Source of the DNA: Hydrolagus colliei
Taxonomy: Eukaryota
Reading direction: 5' to 3'
DNA length: 64,000 nucleotides
NCBI GenBank assembly: GCA_035084275.1
Contig: CM068745.1
Span: forward strand, 41,726,001-41,790,000
Both the position numbers and the translations under genes were made by a program. Shown piece after piece: positions 62,153 to 64,000 of this stretch. Under the pieces are notes generated by a model. It ran no database searches, was not told the origin of the DNA, and saw only the letters and a list, made by a program, of their open reading frames with translations. The first letter of the stretch is position 1. Every line of letters begins with the position of its first letter.

Positions 62153-64000
62153 ATGCTATTTATATTATTCAATTAACTCAAATGTATCATCATATATATA
62201 ATGCTGTATAATTATAATGTCAAACACTTAAAATTTCATCCAACTATTCCTAGACTACAAAATAACCATGTAAAAAATGATATGAAAATGATATAAAAGC
62301 AACACTACCCTCTGTTGATGGGAGAGGAACAACAGTCATTTGAATTACAGAACAATAATAATCCTTCCATTTGATAATAGCACCTTGTCACCTGTTATTG
62401 AGACATCGCAAGGCTCTTCCAGAATATCCTCTTAAGTGAATTAACTATAATTTAAGGCCAAAAGAAGAACCAAAACTTGCAGCAAACAAAAGTTAACCTG
62501 TATCACTCATCGCACCCTTGACCAATAAGTCTACCATACATGCTATTACAAGATCACAAGATTAGTTTGGATAAGGAAACACCTTTGGCCTGTTGATCTC
62601 ATCCTTACAGATTACTTCACCTATAGTCCCTCCTTCACAGCATCAAGTTATTTTTTAAACAAGTCCAGCGTACTCGCCTCAACCATCTTGGCAACCTGTT
62701 CCAATCGTCAATTACCTTCCTAATCTTTCCTTAATTCCTTTGCCTCGCCCCCTCCCTGGCCTCTTTCAAGTCCCACCTCAAAATTCTCCTTTTTGATGGT
62801 CCCATCGGCAACTCATAATGCCCCCCCATCCCTCCCCACCCCATCCCCAGCTCAGGGTCTGACACAGTTCAGTACCTTGGGACGTCCTCCTGACGTGAAA
62901 AGCACTATACAAGTGTAATTTTGTTGGTGTATAGTATCTTCAAGGATTATCATATCTGTTCTGAAAATGCCTTTTGCAACTCTAAATTGATATCCTTTTG
63001 ATTTGCACCCTGGTGCATTTTAAAGATTTCAATTCAATTAAGAATTTTGTGCAGCTCTAGGAGATCCCTCTGAAGCAACTTCTCTCCAGATTGGAGACTG
63101 CTTGCTTGTCTAAACCAACACAAGAAATCATCCTAATTGCTCTCCTCTGCACTTGCTCTGGAGCCTGGGAAGGAGCTTTATGACGCCATGACCAGAATTG
63201 TACATTTTCAACTGTCCCAACAATTTGAATATTGCAAGTTTGATAATTAGAAACAAGTAAATATAGAAAATGTTGACTGTGTTCAGAGAAAATGAGAGAA
63301 AACTGGCATTAAATATAATCTTCTCAATAGGAATTAAATTGGATATGGGAAGAGGGGACAGGGGGGAGCACAGATACTTTCAATCAACTCTCTTAAATTA
63401 CTGACTGAACTCTTTTGACTGAAGAGTCCGGCATGGAGGGCGCTATATAAATCAAAGTTGTTGTTGTTAACATAGTTGAATAAAGATATCTGAGACAGTA
63501 GTTGAAAGACGCTATACAATTGTAATTTTGTTGTTGATTATTGTTGTTGTTCTTAATGAGAAGGTTATATTTGCATATCACTTTTTGTCACTTGCTTTAA
63601 ATATAGTCAACATTTTTTTATATGTACAAGTTCTAACTTACAATATCCAAATTGCCAGATCAATTGAAGCTGCATGACCTCTGATCAACCTCGATCTCAT
63701 TGCCTGGTGTATTTTTATTCTATCGAGGCTTGAGTTTGGTATCATTTGGCAACATCGTGAGTTTCCATGCTGCCTGACAGCCTCTGATGGTTTGTGGACA
63801 AGCTTGCTCTATTCAAAATGGCCTCTGTTTTCACAAATACATTATCTGAAACCTCATTTATATTTCAGCAGCAACAAATTACAATTATAGTTTACCCATC
63901 ACACAGAAATGCATCTTGGAGTACTGCAGTTATAGTTGATGTCAATAGGAATGAGGTTTTAGACCATGCATTGAAAACATAAATAGAATTTATGTTTATC

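Overview
AT-rich vertebrate genomic DNA, about 40% GC by eye and not computed. The repeat content (tRNA-Thr-headed Deu-domain SINEs with L2-type tails, L2 and CR1 LINEs with ATTCTATG tails) points to a cartilaginous fish, most likely a chimaera; this is inference. Only one host gene is well supported. It lies on the minus strand at 79-6348 and encodes a single IgV-domain type I membrane protein of the nectin/PVR-binding receptor group (TIGIT/CD226/CD96/CD200-like). Its exons are a leader (6348-6291), a V exon (3376-3038), three tandem 60-nt phase-1 juxtamembrane mini-exons (2045-1986, 1780-1721, 1252-1193) and a TM exon (156-79); the cytoplasmic part probably lies left of the window. The most striking observation is that the third mini-exon is a 109-bp, 100%-identical copy of the second. 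It sits in the middle of a SINE with microhomology at both junctions and both splice sites intact, which looks like a recent exon birth by templated insertion. The other ~57 kb is repeat-rich and contains about 18 near-full SINE copies, many L2/CR1 fragments and one young 5'-truncated L2 with an RT ORF. It also holds two Ac-type hAT elements with perfect 8-bp TSDs (one keeping only a BED finger), a Buster/Charlie MITE and four Tigger-like elements. Several plus-strand exon candidates are reported at low confidence only. No CRISPR, rRNA or true tRNA genes were seen. There is one 130-N assembly gap at 45735-45864. Repeat boundaries were read by eye and are approximate unless a TIR or TSD is quoted.
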